Origin: Chitinophagaceae bacterium
Lineage (GTDB): Bacteria > Bacteroidota > Bacteroidia > Chitinophagales > Chitinophagaceae
DNA length: 64,000 bases
Direction: 5' to 3'
Assembly: GCA_026415715.1 (NCBI GenBank)
Contig: JAOAGO010000003.1
Span: 24,204-88,203 of the forward strand
The position numbers and the translations under genes were made by a program. This document shows, piece after piece, positions 1 to 7,562 of the stretch. The notes beneath the pieces were generated by a model. That model was given only the letters and a program-made list of their open reading frames with translations. It did not search any database and had not been told where the DNA came from. Each line of letters begins with the position of its first letter. Positions within the stretch are counted from its first letter, which is position 1.

Positions 1-497
1 TCATTCAGCACTTTAGCCATTGGGGCCAGGCAATTGGTCGTGCAGGAGGCGCAGGAAATAATGGTTTCCGAACCGTCAAGAATGTCATGATTTACGTTAA
101 ATACAATGGTTTTCAGATCGCCGGTGGCCGGTGCGGAAATAACAACCCGTTTGGCTCCGGCCGTAAGATGTGCCGCGGCTTTTTCCTTGTCGGTAAAGAA
201 CCCGGTACTTTCAATGACCACATCCACATCATGGTCTTTCCAGGGTATATCGGCGGGATTTTTCTGCGCATAAATGCGTAATTCATCCCCATTTACGATG
301 ATAGCGTTTTCCGTGTATTTTATATCGGCATCAAATCGTTTCTGGGCGCTGTCGTATTTCAGCAAATGGGCCAGCATTTTGGGGCTGGTGAGGTCGTTCA
401 CGGCAACTACGTCAATGCCGGGCATATTATATATCTGACGATATACCAAACGACCGATACGGCCGAAACCGTTAATGGCGACTTTGATGGTGCTCAT
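1..497 (-). CDS. gap: Glyceraldehyde-3-phosphate dehydrogenase, N-terminal part (3' end lies outside window)
   Basis: Minus-strand translation from ATG at 495-497 reads [23 protein letters not shown]...[20 protein letters not shown]. This shows the Rossmann GxGxxG N-terminus and the catalytic SCTTNC motif. The frame is still open at position 1, so it is absent from the ORF track. Confidence 0.9.
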   Translation of the reverse strand, partial: MSTIKVAINGFGRIGRLVYRQIYNMPGIDVVAVNDLTSPKMLAHLLKYDSAQKRFDADIKYTENAIIVNGDELRIYAQKNPADIPWKDHDVDVVIESTGFFTDKEKAAAHLTAGAKRVVISAPATGDLKTIVFNVNHDILDGSETIISCASCTTNCLAPMAKVLN

Positions 498-613
498 GGT
501 GGTTTGATTTTACTTTTAAAAAATTCGGGTGCGAAGGTAAGAAATGAGCAACGTTATTTAAAGAAATAATGAGATGTGGTTAAATAGAAACATAAGAGAA
601 ATGGCAAAAAGTT

Positions 614-644
614 TTGGCGGTGCAAACTTCTACACGTATCTTTG
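614..644 (+). promoter_or_regulatory. Candidate Bacteroidota-type promoter for tRNA-Glu (-33 TTG, -7 TATCTTTG)
   Basis: TATCTTTG at 637-644 matches the TAnnTTTG -7 consensus exactly. TTG at 614-616 lies about 20 nt upstream, and the tRNA starts at 669. Confidence 0.45.
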
Positions 645-668
645 CCGGCCATTGAATAAAAATTTCAT

Positions 669-740
669 GGCCCGTTCGTCTAAGGGCTAGGACACCACCC
701 TTTCACGGTGGCGATACGGGTTCGAATCCCGTACGGGCTA
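669..740 (+). tRNA. tRNA-Glu (anticodon UUC)
   Basis: The cloverleaf is readable by eye. Acceptor is GGCCCGT/ACGGGCT, and the anticodon stem is CCACC/GGTGG with loop CTTTCAC (anticodon TTC at 702-704). The T arm is ACGGG-TTCGAAT-CCCGT, the discriminator is A, length is 72 nt, and no CCA is encoded. Confidence 0.9.
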
Positions 741-744
741 CAAA

Positions 745-770
745 AGTTCTGAGACATCAGAACTTTTTTT
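745..770 (+). terminator. Rho-independent terminator after tRNA-Glu
   Basis: Stem AGTTCTGA / TCAGAACT with loop GACA, followed by a run of 7 T. Confidence 0.75.
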
Positions 771-775
771 GTTTT

Positions 776-1030
776 ATGGTTTATGTGTATGTCATAGAAA
801 GCCTGGCCGATACAACTTGGTATGTGGGAATGGCCCGGGATGTCAACAACCGACTTAAGGAACATAATAAAGGGAAAAACCGTTTTACCAAGGGACACCG
901 GCCATGGAAAATCATTTATACGGAAGCTTTTCCCGACTGGAAATCAGCAAGACAAAAAGAAAAATATCTCAAAACGGCTGCAGGAAAAAAATGGTTGAAA
1001 AAATTTTTGGCTGCTCACCCCCTGCTTTGA
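776..1030 (+). CDS. GIY-YIG nuclease family minigene (84 aa)
   Basis: Translation MVYVYVIESLADTTWYVGMARDVNNRLKEHNKGK... carries the GIY (VYV)/YVG motifs and the R..EH block of small GIY-YIG (UPF0213-like) proteins. It lies immediately downstream of a tRNA. Confidence 0.8.
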   Translation: MVYVYVIESLADTTWYVGMARDVNNRLKEHNKGKNRFTKGHRPWKIIYTEAFPDWKSARQKEKYLKTAAGKKWLKKFLAAHPLL

Positions 1031-1077
1031 CCCGAAAAGCAGTTCGCTACTTTGCTTTATGTTCAAAAACTCTTCTT

Positions 1078-1146
1078 CTTTCACGGAGGCGATACGGATT
1101 CCCTGCCTGACTGCGTCACGCAGGCAGGGAATCCCGTACGGGCTAC
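1078..1146 (+). pseudogene. Displaced 3' half of tRNA-Glu (anticodon loop to 3' end) with palindrome inserted in the T-loop
   Basis: CTTTCACGGaGGCGATACGG...AATCCCGTACGGGCTACA matches 700-741 of the intact tRNA. There is one substitution, and the T-loop is replaced by a 14-bp-stem hairpin (1096-1134). No 5' half is present. Confidence 0.8.
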
Positions 1147-1149
1147 AAA

Positions 1150-1175
1150 AGTTCTGAGACATCAGAACTTTTTTT
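1150..1175 (+). terminator. Second copy of the tRNA-Glu terminator
   Basis: Identical hairpin AGTTCTGA-GACA-TCAGAACT plus T-run, as at 745-770. Confidence 0.7.
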
Positions 1176-1180
1176 GTTTT

Positions 1181-1332
1181 ATGGTTTACCTTATGTGATA
1201 GAAAGCTTTGCCGATAAAATCCGGTACACCGGAATGGCTTTGAATGTGATTCAGAAACTCAAAGAGCATCATCCGGGAAAAACCCATAAAGTAACCCTAA
1301 CACCCTTCGTTCTCCCTTTCATTAAGAATTGA
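1181..1332 (+). pseudogene. Degenerate GIY-YIG minigene (frameshifted after codon 3)
   Basis: It starts with the same ATGGTTTA as the intact copy but stops after MVYLM. Shifting one nt gives YVIESFADKIRYTGMALNVIQKLKEHHPGK..., parallel to YVIESLADTTWYVGMARDVNNRLKEHNKGK of the 776-1030 gene. Confidence 0.55.
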
Positions 1333-1377
1333 AGCCGGTAAACCTTATATGCCGGCAGTCATCATTTAAAAGTATAT

Positions 1378-1505
1378 CTCCCTTCACCCCCTCTGCTGAA
1401 GAAAAGGGGGCCGGGGGGTGAGGTGAAAATTCACTGATGTAATCCAACCCGCATCAGGCTATTGAAGCTGAACAGAAAATCAGCAGATGATAAGTCCTGT
1501 GGTAT
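1378..1505 (-). repeat. Decayed copy (E) of the GC-rich intergenic element, minus orientation
   Basis: The reverse complement of 1381-1428 (CACCTCACCCCCCGGCCCCCTTTTCTTCAGCAGAGGGGG) aligns closely with the tail module of copy D (58763-58800). AAGCTGAACAG...GATGATAAGTCC at 1465-1496 parallels AAGCTGAACAG...GATGACAGCCCC of copy C. Confidence 0.4.
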
Positions 1506-1559
1506 CACGAAGATGGATTTTCTTCTCACCTGCCTGAAAAATTCCTGACAACAAAATGA

Positions 1560-2219
1560 TCAGACGTTGAGGCAAACGGATTTTAAAGCAGAGATGGTCT
1601 TTATTGGATCGGGCGAACGAAATACCGTATTACCGGCTACCAGCACATCGGCGCCGGCCGAAACAATTTCGGCCGCATTTTCTAACGTCACGCCGCCATC
1701 CACTTCTATCAGCACATTCAGCATGCGTTCGGCAACCATTTGGCGAAGCTGTCTTATTTTATGCAGTGTATGCGGTATGAATTGCTGCCCCCCGAAACCG
1801 GGATTTACACCCATTAAGCAAACCAGGTCTATTTCGTTCAAAATTTCCTGAATGGCTGATAAAGGCGTGTGCGGATTTACGGCCACTCCGGCCTTCATGC
1901 CAAGATTTTTAATTTGTTGAATGTTGCGGTGCAGATGCCGGCAGGCTTCCACATGAACCGTAAGTATATCGGCACCGGCCTGATGAAACATTTCGGCATA
2001 GCGCTCCGGCTCTTCTATCATCAAATGCACATCGCATGTTTTTGAAGTAGCCTTGCGAAAAAAAGCCACCAGCATCGGGCCAAAGCTGATGTTCGGCACA
2101 AAGCGCCCGTCCATCACATCCAAATGATACCAGTCGGCTTCACTTTTGTTCAGCATCCGGCACTCGGCTTCCAGATTCAGAAAGTTGGCTGATAACAAAG
2201 ATGGGGCTACAATTGGCAT
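1560..2219 (-). CDS. rpe: Ribulose-phosphate 3-epimerase
   Basis: 219 aa. MPIVAPSLLSANF...HLDVMDGRFVPN...GVNPGFGGQQF...EVDGG are canonical Rpe motifs. Confidence 0.92.
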   Translation of the reverse strand: MPIVAPSLLSANFLNLEAECRMLNKSEADWYHLDVMDGRFVPNISFGPMLVAFFRKATSKTCDVHLMIEEPERYAEMFHQAGADILTVHVEACRHLHRNIQQIKNLGMKAGVAVNPHTPLSAIQEILNEIDLVCLMGVNPGFGGQQFIPHTLHKIRQLRQMVAERMLNVLIEVDGGVTLENAAEIVSAGADVLVAGNTVFRSPDPIKTISALKSVCLNV

Positions 2220-2243
2220 GGCGTAAAGGTAATTATTTCCGTT

Positions 2244-3272
2244 TCATTGCAATTTGTCGGCCGCTTCTCTGGCCCGGGTGAATGTTTTGTCTAACTGATA
2301 CGCCTTCAGATAATTTTGGCGGGCTTCTTCTTTTTTTCCTTCGGCTTCCAGACACCGCGCTAACCAATAGTAGGCATCGGCATAAGCCGGCGAAACCGCA
2401 AGTGCCAGTTCAAAGGTTTTCCGCGCCTCGGCAACGTTTTTCATTTCAAAATACAAAGCCCCTTTTTCAATATACGCTTCCACAAAATGATAATCGGCCC
2501 GTATAGCTTCATTAAACTGTTGCAGCGCTTTGGTTTTATCGTTAATGCGAACGTAATAAATGCCTTTATAGTAATAGGGTTCAGGTTCGGGATTGGCAGA
2601 CTGGGTGCGAATCAAAGAGTCGCACAGCGGCAGAATTTTTTTATTTCCCGCCTCTGCCCATTGAAGAGCCAGCATATAGCACAACTCTTTGTCGGCAGGA
2701 GCAAACCGGAAAGCCTGTTCAAGCATCTCAAAAGCCTTTGCCGTGTCTTTCTTTTGCATATACAGCCGCGCCATCATTTTCCGCGCTTCCGGCATGGCCG
2801 GTTGCTGCAACGTGATGCGCTCACAAAAAGCCAGCGCTTTATCCGTTTGGCCGGCTGCTTCGTAACTCTGCGCCAGCAGAAGCATAAGCGCAATATCATT
2901 GCTATGCACGTTGACGGCTTTTTCAAGAAAAGAAACGGCAGAGTCAGGCTTTATTTCCAATAACAATTCTCCCGCCGACAGCGCATATTCCGGTTTTTGT
3001 TTTAATCTCCAGGCTGTTTTAAAATCGTCAGCGGCGGGTTCGTCGTAATTTCTTGCCAGCAACAACTGGCCTCTGCGGAAATATAAATCATCGTTTTCAG
3101 GAAAACGGGCTATACTGTCGGTGAGTCCCGAAAATGGCAAAGCCCGGAGCACTTCTTCATAAGGCGACTTATCCTTACGGTTTTTACATCCGTAAACCAG
3201 TATTATCACACTATTGCATAATACAAGCAGATTTTTTTGAAACGTCGTGATAAATATCTTCCTGTCGGGCAT
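2244..3272 (-). CDS. TPR-repeat lipoprotein
   Basis: 342 aa. N-terminal hydrophobic segment ends in LVYGC (lipobox-like). Repeated A/Y/L-rich 34-aa TPR-like periodicity throughout. Appears co-oriented in an operon with rpe. Confidence 0.65.
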   Translation of the reverse strand: MPDRKIFITTFQKNLLVLCNSVIILVYGCKNRKDKSPYEEVLRALPFSGLTDSIARFPENDDLYFRRGQLLLARNYDEPAADDFKTAWRLKQKPEYALSAGELLLEIKPDSAVSFLEKAVNVHSNDIALMLLLAQSYEAAGQTDKALAFCERITLQQPAMPEARKMMARLYMQKKDTAKAFEMLEQAFRFAPADKELCYMLALQWAEAGNKKILPLCDSLIRTQSANPEPEPYYYKGIYYVRINDKTKALQQFNEAIRADYHFVEAYIEKGALYFEMKNVAEARKTFELALAVSPAYADAYYWLARCLEAEGKKEEARQNYLKAYQLDKTFTRAREAADKLQ

Positions 3273-3339
3273 GATTTACAATTTTCTGACAATATCTAAG
3301 CGCCCCAAAGATAACTTTGCCGGTCTTTTGAAAAACGTT

Positions 3340-4434
3340 ATGAAAGTGGCCGTTATTATTTTACTGATTTGGCTAATTGCCGCATGTTCCGGTTCAAACC
3401 CGGTTTCTACATCAAAAGAAACCGTTCCTGACTCATTGATTTATCCCGATGAAATACATTTTAAAAATATTCGTCAGCTCACATTTGGCGGCGATAATGC
3501 GGAGGCCTACTGGAGCTACGACGGCCGGTATCTTGTCTTTCAGCGTACCAGCCTGAAAGACGGCATACCCTGTGACCAGATTTTTGTCGGCAAAGTGCCC
3601 CGAAAGAAAAATGAACCGTTCACTTTCCGAAGGGTCAGCACCGGCAAAGGCCGCACCACCTGCGCTTTTTTCACCAAAGACGGCAAGCATATTATTTACG
3701 CCTCCACCCATCTGGCAGGCGACAGTTGTCCTCCCCTGCCCGACCGCTCAAAATACGGCAATCGTTACATCTGGCCGCTTTACGACAGTTATGATATTTT
3801 CATGGCCGACCTGAATGGCAACATCGTCAAAAGACTCACCCATTCGCCCGGCTACGATGCCGAAGCCACACTCTCGCCCGACGGAAAAAAAATGATTTAC
3901 ACCAGCATCAAAAACGGCGACCTTGACCTGTACATCATGAATCTGGAAACCGGCGAAGAAAAACAAATCACAAACGAATTAGGATACGACGGCGGCGCCT
4001 GGTTCAGTCCCGACGGAAAAAAAATCGTATGGCGGGCCAGTCGTCCGAAAACAGAACAGGAAATCAAAGAATACAAAGAATTACTGGCCGATCATCTGGT
4101 AGCCCCCGGCAAAATGGAAGTGTGGGTGGCCAATGCCGACGGCACACAGGCCAGGCAGGTTACCTCGCTGGGACAGGCCAACTGGGCGCCGGTCTTTATG
4201 CCCGACAGCAAGCGCATTATTTTCGCCAGCAATCACGAATACAAAAGAGGTTTCCCCTTTAACATGTACATCATTCACGAAGACGGAACCGGACTGAAAA
4301 AAATCAGCCGCGACAACGGTTTCGATGCCTTCCCCATGTTTTCGCCCGACGGAAAGCGCATTGTCTTTTGCAGCAACCGCAACAATGGCGGCACCCGCGA
4401 CACCAATATTTTCATTGCAGATTGGGTAGAATAA
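3340..4434 (+). CDS. TolB-like / PD40 beta-propeller repeat protein (lipoprotein signal)
   Basis: Start moved to ATG 3340, giving MKVAVIILLIWLIAACSG. Repeated SPDGK motifs (LSPDGKKMIY, FSPDGKKIVW, FSPDGKRIVF) are typical of PD40/WD40-like propellers. Confidence 0.8.
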   Translation: MKVAVIILLIWLIAACSGSNPVSTSKETVPDSLIYPDEIHFKNIRQLTFGGDNAEAYWSYDGRYLVFQRTSLKDGIPCDQIFVGKVPRKKNEPFTFRRVSTGKGRTTCAFFTKDGKHIIYASTHLAGDSCPPLPDRSKYGNRYIWPLYDSYDIFMADLNGNIVKRLTHSPGYDAEATLSPDGKKMIYTSIKNGDLDLYIMNLETGEEKQITNELGYDGGAWFSPDGKKIVWRASRPKTEQEIKEYKELLADHLVAPGKMEVWVANADGTQARQVTSLGQANWAPVFMPDSKRIIFASNHEYKRGFPFNMYIIHEDGTGLKKISRDNGFDAFPMFSPDGKRIVFCSNRNNGGTRDTNIFIADWVE

Positions 4435-4489
4435 TCAGCCTTCATATTTTCCTGCAAATGACTCGTTTCGTTTTGTTGTGATTTTATTT

Positions 4490-4697
4490 TTGGGGCTGTC
4501 ATCGTCCCGCCTGCGGCGGGCAAGTCCGCTGTTCATCGCCGGTCCGGTGTCCTTCGGGCTGTCGGTGCTCACACCCCCGCGCAAGGCTGAACAACGTTCG
4601 CACCCTGCCAATCGGGCAGGCCCTTCGGCCACCGCAGCCCTTCACCTCTCAGCTCGCTGTTCATCTTTTATTCCTCGCCCGCAAAACCAACCGCTAC
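4490..4697 (+). repeat. GC-rich intergenic element, copy A
   Basis: Head GGGGCTGTCATCG at 4492-4504, hairpin CCCGCC-TGC-GGCGGG at 4506-4520, hairpin CCTGCC-AATCG-GGCAGG at 4604-4620, and GCAGCCCTTCACC at 4634-4646. The same block order occurs at 58605-58850 and, inverted, at 56055-56250. Confidence 0.7.
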
Positions 4698-4788
4698 TAA
4701 AAAATTGAATACCCTTAACGTGATTTTACCATAACCAAATCCCCTACTTTTGCTGCAATACCAAAAAATTCTGCTATTTCCGAATACC

Positions 4789-5250
4789 ATGCCAAGAATT
4801 TCGCTTTCCGTTCCGTCTTCTTTTCCTTTTCAATGCATCATTCCCGTACGCATCACCGACCTGAACTATGGCGGACATGTAGGAAACGATGCCTTGTTTT
4901 CATTGATTCACGAAGCCCGCATCCGTTTTTTAAGACAGGCCGGCTTTGAAAGCGAAATAAATCCGGAAGGTTTCGGTTTCATCATGGCCGATGCCGCCGT
5001 GCAGTTTAAAAAAGAAATCTTTTACGGCGACGAACTGCTTGTTTCGGTTTGCATCAGCGAAATGGAAAAATACGGATTCGATTTATTTTACAAGCTGGAT
5101 ATCAAACGGGAATCGGAAGAAATAACTGCGGCCCTTGCCAAAACAGGAATGGTTTGTTTCGATTACACGCAACGTAAAATAATTAAGCTGCCCGATCAAC
5201 TTGTAAAGGTATTTAATGCTTATCTGTCACCGGTTCACACAAAATCCTGA
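4789..5250 (+). CDS. Hot-dog fold acyl-CoA thioesterase (4HBT-like)
   Basis: Start taken at ATG 4789 (the track start is TTG). IIPVRITDLNYGGHVGNDALFSLIHEARIRFL resembles the thioesterase superfamily N-terminus. Confidence 0.6.
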   Translation: MPRISLSVPSSFPFQCIIPVRITDLNYGGHVGNDALFSLIHEARIRFLRQAGFESEINPEGFGFIMADAAVQFKKEIFYGDELLVSVCISEMEKYGFDLFYKLDIKRESEEITAALAKTGMVCFDYTQRKIIKLPDQLVKVFNAYLSPVHTKS

Positions 5251-5266
5251 GTAAAAAATTTTTTTG

Positions 5267-6523
5267 CTATTGTTTTACAAAGCGGATTTGCAGTGTCTCG
5301 CCGTCTTCTTTACGGGATCTGAGAAAATACACACCGGCAGGCAAGTGTTTTACCGAAAAAGAAACCAGAGAGCTTCGAACAGGAATAAGGGATAACAACC
5401 GGCCGTTGCTGTTTATGAGTTGTATGGTTTTACCTGTCCACCTGCTGTCGTAAGTCAAATCAAGATGAATCACGTCGTATGCGGGGTTGGGAAAAAGTTG
5501 AGGATATAACCATTTCGGGTCTTCTTCCGGAAGAGGTATTTCAGAATAAAGCGGTGGCTCAAGTCCTTTGGATTGTAAGAGGCTGCTTCGTAGTCCGCCG
5601 GGCGTAAACAACGAACGCATTTTTTCCATTTGCCCTTTGGTGAAAAGATTCACGCAGGCATCATGCGTCAAATCCATATAGTTCATATACATGTCGCCAT
5701 ACGGAGCATTTCCGCAGGAAACACGAATACCTGTCGGGCAGCCCACGGTATATCCGGATTGTTTAGGGGTGTCTTGCACATCATCATCGCCGCAATAACG
5801 ATCGCCCCAAATATGTTTCAGCCCCAGCCAGTGACCCGCCTCATGAACAAGCGTTTTCCCGAGGTCATAACCATTGTTAAGTCCTGTAAGGCCAAAAGCT
5901 TCCATATCAATCACAATGCCGTCTAATGCAGGATGATCGCCGGGAAGGCTGGAGTAGCCGGCCGTTCGTTCCAGATTACAAACCCAGATGTTCAGGTAGC
6001 TTTTCGAATCCCATGCATCACTGCCCATACTGGCGGAAAATTTCATCTTGTCATCATTATTCCAGTATTTAACCGGAGTATATTTTCTGACTATTCCTTG
6101 TGTGGACCGACGCCGCGGATCGGATTTGGCCAAATGAAACTCAATGCGGCAATCGGCAGCCAGCGGTCGGAAATATTGAGGTGTATTAACCGTATCGGCA
6201 TTTTTTCTTCGGAAACACTCATTCAGAATCTCAATTTGCCGCATAATATATGAATCGCTGAGTTTTTCATAAGGAAAGTGATATAACACATGTACAACTA
6301 CGGGAATTTGAATAACCGGCGGCTCCGCACCCGAAACCGAATCGGTTCGTAATGTTTCATTTTGCTCAGCAAAATTTATCAGGCGTTCATGATACAACGA
6401 TGGATTTTTTTTCAAACGTTCTACGGCATATTCCTGAAATCCGCAACTCCTTTGCGCATGAATGTTTAACCCTGCTACAGAGAATAAGCTAACAAGAAGA
6501 TATTTCCGTACTGACTGATTCAT
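5267..6523 (-). CDS. Secreted M43-like zinc metalloprotease with T9SS C-terminal sorting domain
   Basis: Signal peptide, HEAGHWLGLKHIWGD zinc motif, and a C-terminal ~80 aa (...FPNPAYDVIHLDL...GVYFLRS...IRFVKQ) typical of Por/T9SS CTDs. Confidence 0.8.
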   Translation of the reverse strand: MNQSVRKYLLVSLFSVAGLNIHAQRSCGFQEYAVERLKKNPSLYHERLINFAEQNETLRTDSVSGAEPPVIQIPVVVHVLYHFPYEKLSDSYIMRQIEILNECFRRKNADTVNTPQYFRPLAADCRIEFHLAKSDPRRRSTQGIVRKYTPVKYWNNDDKMKFSASMGSDAWDSKSYLNIWVCNLERTAGYSSLPGDHPALDGIVIDMEAFGLTGLNNGYDLGKTLVHEAGHWLGLKHIWGDRYCGDDDVQDTPKQSGYTVGCPTGIRVSCGNAPYGDMYMNYMDLTHDACVNLFTKGQMEKMRSLFTPGGLRSSLLQSKGLEPPLYSEIPLPEEDPKWLYPQLFPNPAYDVIHLDLTYDSRWTGKTIQLINSNGRLLSLIPVRSSLVSFSVKHLPAGVYFLRSRKEDGETLQIRFVKQ

Positions 6524-6731
6524 TTTATTTTTGATACAGGCTTTTCAGCAAAACAACTTTTTACCGGATTAGGTTTGACAGGCGGATATCGGAGAAAGAG
6601 AATTCTAAAGCAGATGAACGGTAATGCTCAAAATTATTTTTTATTCTGAATAAAAAACAAAAACAGGGCATAGTAAATCTACGATGGTCCTGAAATGGCA
6701 AATGTTTAACAATTTAAATAGCAGGTCATTT

Positions 6732-6739
6732 TACTTTTG
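6732..6739 (+). promoter_or_regulatory. Candidate -7 promoter box TACTTTTG
   Basis: Exact TAnnTTTG match 18 nt upstream of ATG 6757. No clear -33 TTG. Confidence 0.35.
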
Positions 6740-6756
6740 TATAAAATAATTTTTCC

Positions 6757-7545
6757 ATGCAAAGAGTTTGGTTTCTTATCATCGTGTTGTTGTTCGTGGG
6801 ATGTAAGTCCGGGAAACAAAAAGAAAATCCTGATTCAAAAAAATCTTCCGTCAAACCGCTGGGTTTTACCATATTGAATACCTATCCGCACGATACATCT
6901 TCCTATACGCAGGGCCTGGCTGTATATAACGGCGAACTGTATGAAGGAACGGGTAATTACGGCCAGTCGCAGCTCCGTAAAGTTGATCTGAAAACCGGCA
7001 AAGCCCTGTTCCAGATTCCGTTGGATAAAAATTATTTCGGCGAGGGTATCGCTATTCTTCGGGACACCTTATATCAGCTTACCTGGAAAGAAAAAAAAGT
7101 GTTTGTATATTCGGTAAAGCCCCTGAAAAAAGTAAAAGAATATACCCTTTCCGGCGAGGGCTGGGGCTTAACCACCGACGGAACACATCTGATTGTATCA
7201 GACGGAAGCAGCAAATTATCTTTCCATGATCCTTCAACGTTCCGGCAGATAAAAACCCTTGACGTTACGGAAGACGGCAACCTGGTATTCAACCTGAATG
7301 AACTGGAATTCATCCGGGGTTTTATTTACGCCAACCAATACCAGTATCCTTATATTCTGAAAATTGATCCGGCAAGCGGCCAGGTTACGGGAAAACTGGA
7401 TGTAAGCAACCTGTGGCAGCGGGCTCAGCAAATTTATCGCTATGCCGAGGTACCCAACGGTATTGCCTACGATGAACGCAATGATAAAATTTATATCACC
7501 GGAAAATGGTGGCCGGAGTTGTACGAAATCCGTATCAGCGAATAA
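6757..7545 (+). CDS. Glutaminyl-peptide cyclotransferase (beta-propeller type)
   Basis: 262 aa with a lipoprotein-like signal (LLFVGC). YTQGL...YEGTGNYGQSQLRKVDLKTGK...GIAYD...IYITGKWWP matches bacterial/plant glutamine cyclotransferases. Confidence 0.85.
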   Translation: MQRVWFLIIVLLFVGCKSGKQKENPDSKKSSVKPLGFTILNTYPHDTSSYTQGLAVYNGELYEGTGNYGQSQLRKVDLKTGKALFQIPLDKNYFGEGIAILRDTLYQLTWKEKKVFVYSVKPLKKVKEYTLSGEGWGLTTDGTHLIVSDGSSKLSFHDPSTFRQIKTLDVTEDGNLVFNLNELEFIRGFIYANQYQYPYILKIDPASGQVTGKLDVSNLWQRAQQIYRYAEVPNGIAYDERNDKIYITGKWWPELYEIRISE

Positions 7546-7562
7546 TCGGAAAAAAAATATTT

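Noticed and set aside
680-1162. Two 72-aa minus-strand ORFs (680-898 and 944-1162) sharing the N-terminus MSQNFCSPYGI
   Set aside because: The shared N-terminus is simply the reverse complement of the duplicated terminator and tRNA-Glu 3' half. Both ORFs run antisense through the tRNA or the GIY-YIG gene.
4478-4708. ORFs of 65-80 aa covering the GC-rich elements (4478-4708 +, 4435-4632 -, 56024-56263 -, 58603-58809 +)
   Set aside because: The translations are R/P/A/G/S-rich. The frames are not conserved between element copies, and indels between copies are not multiples of three. They are better explained as non-coding repeats.
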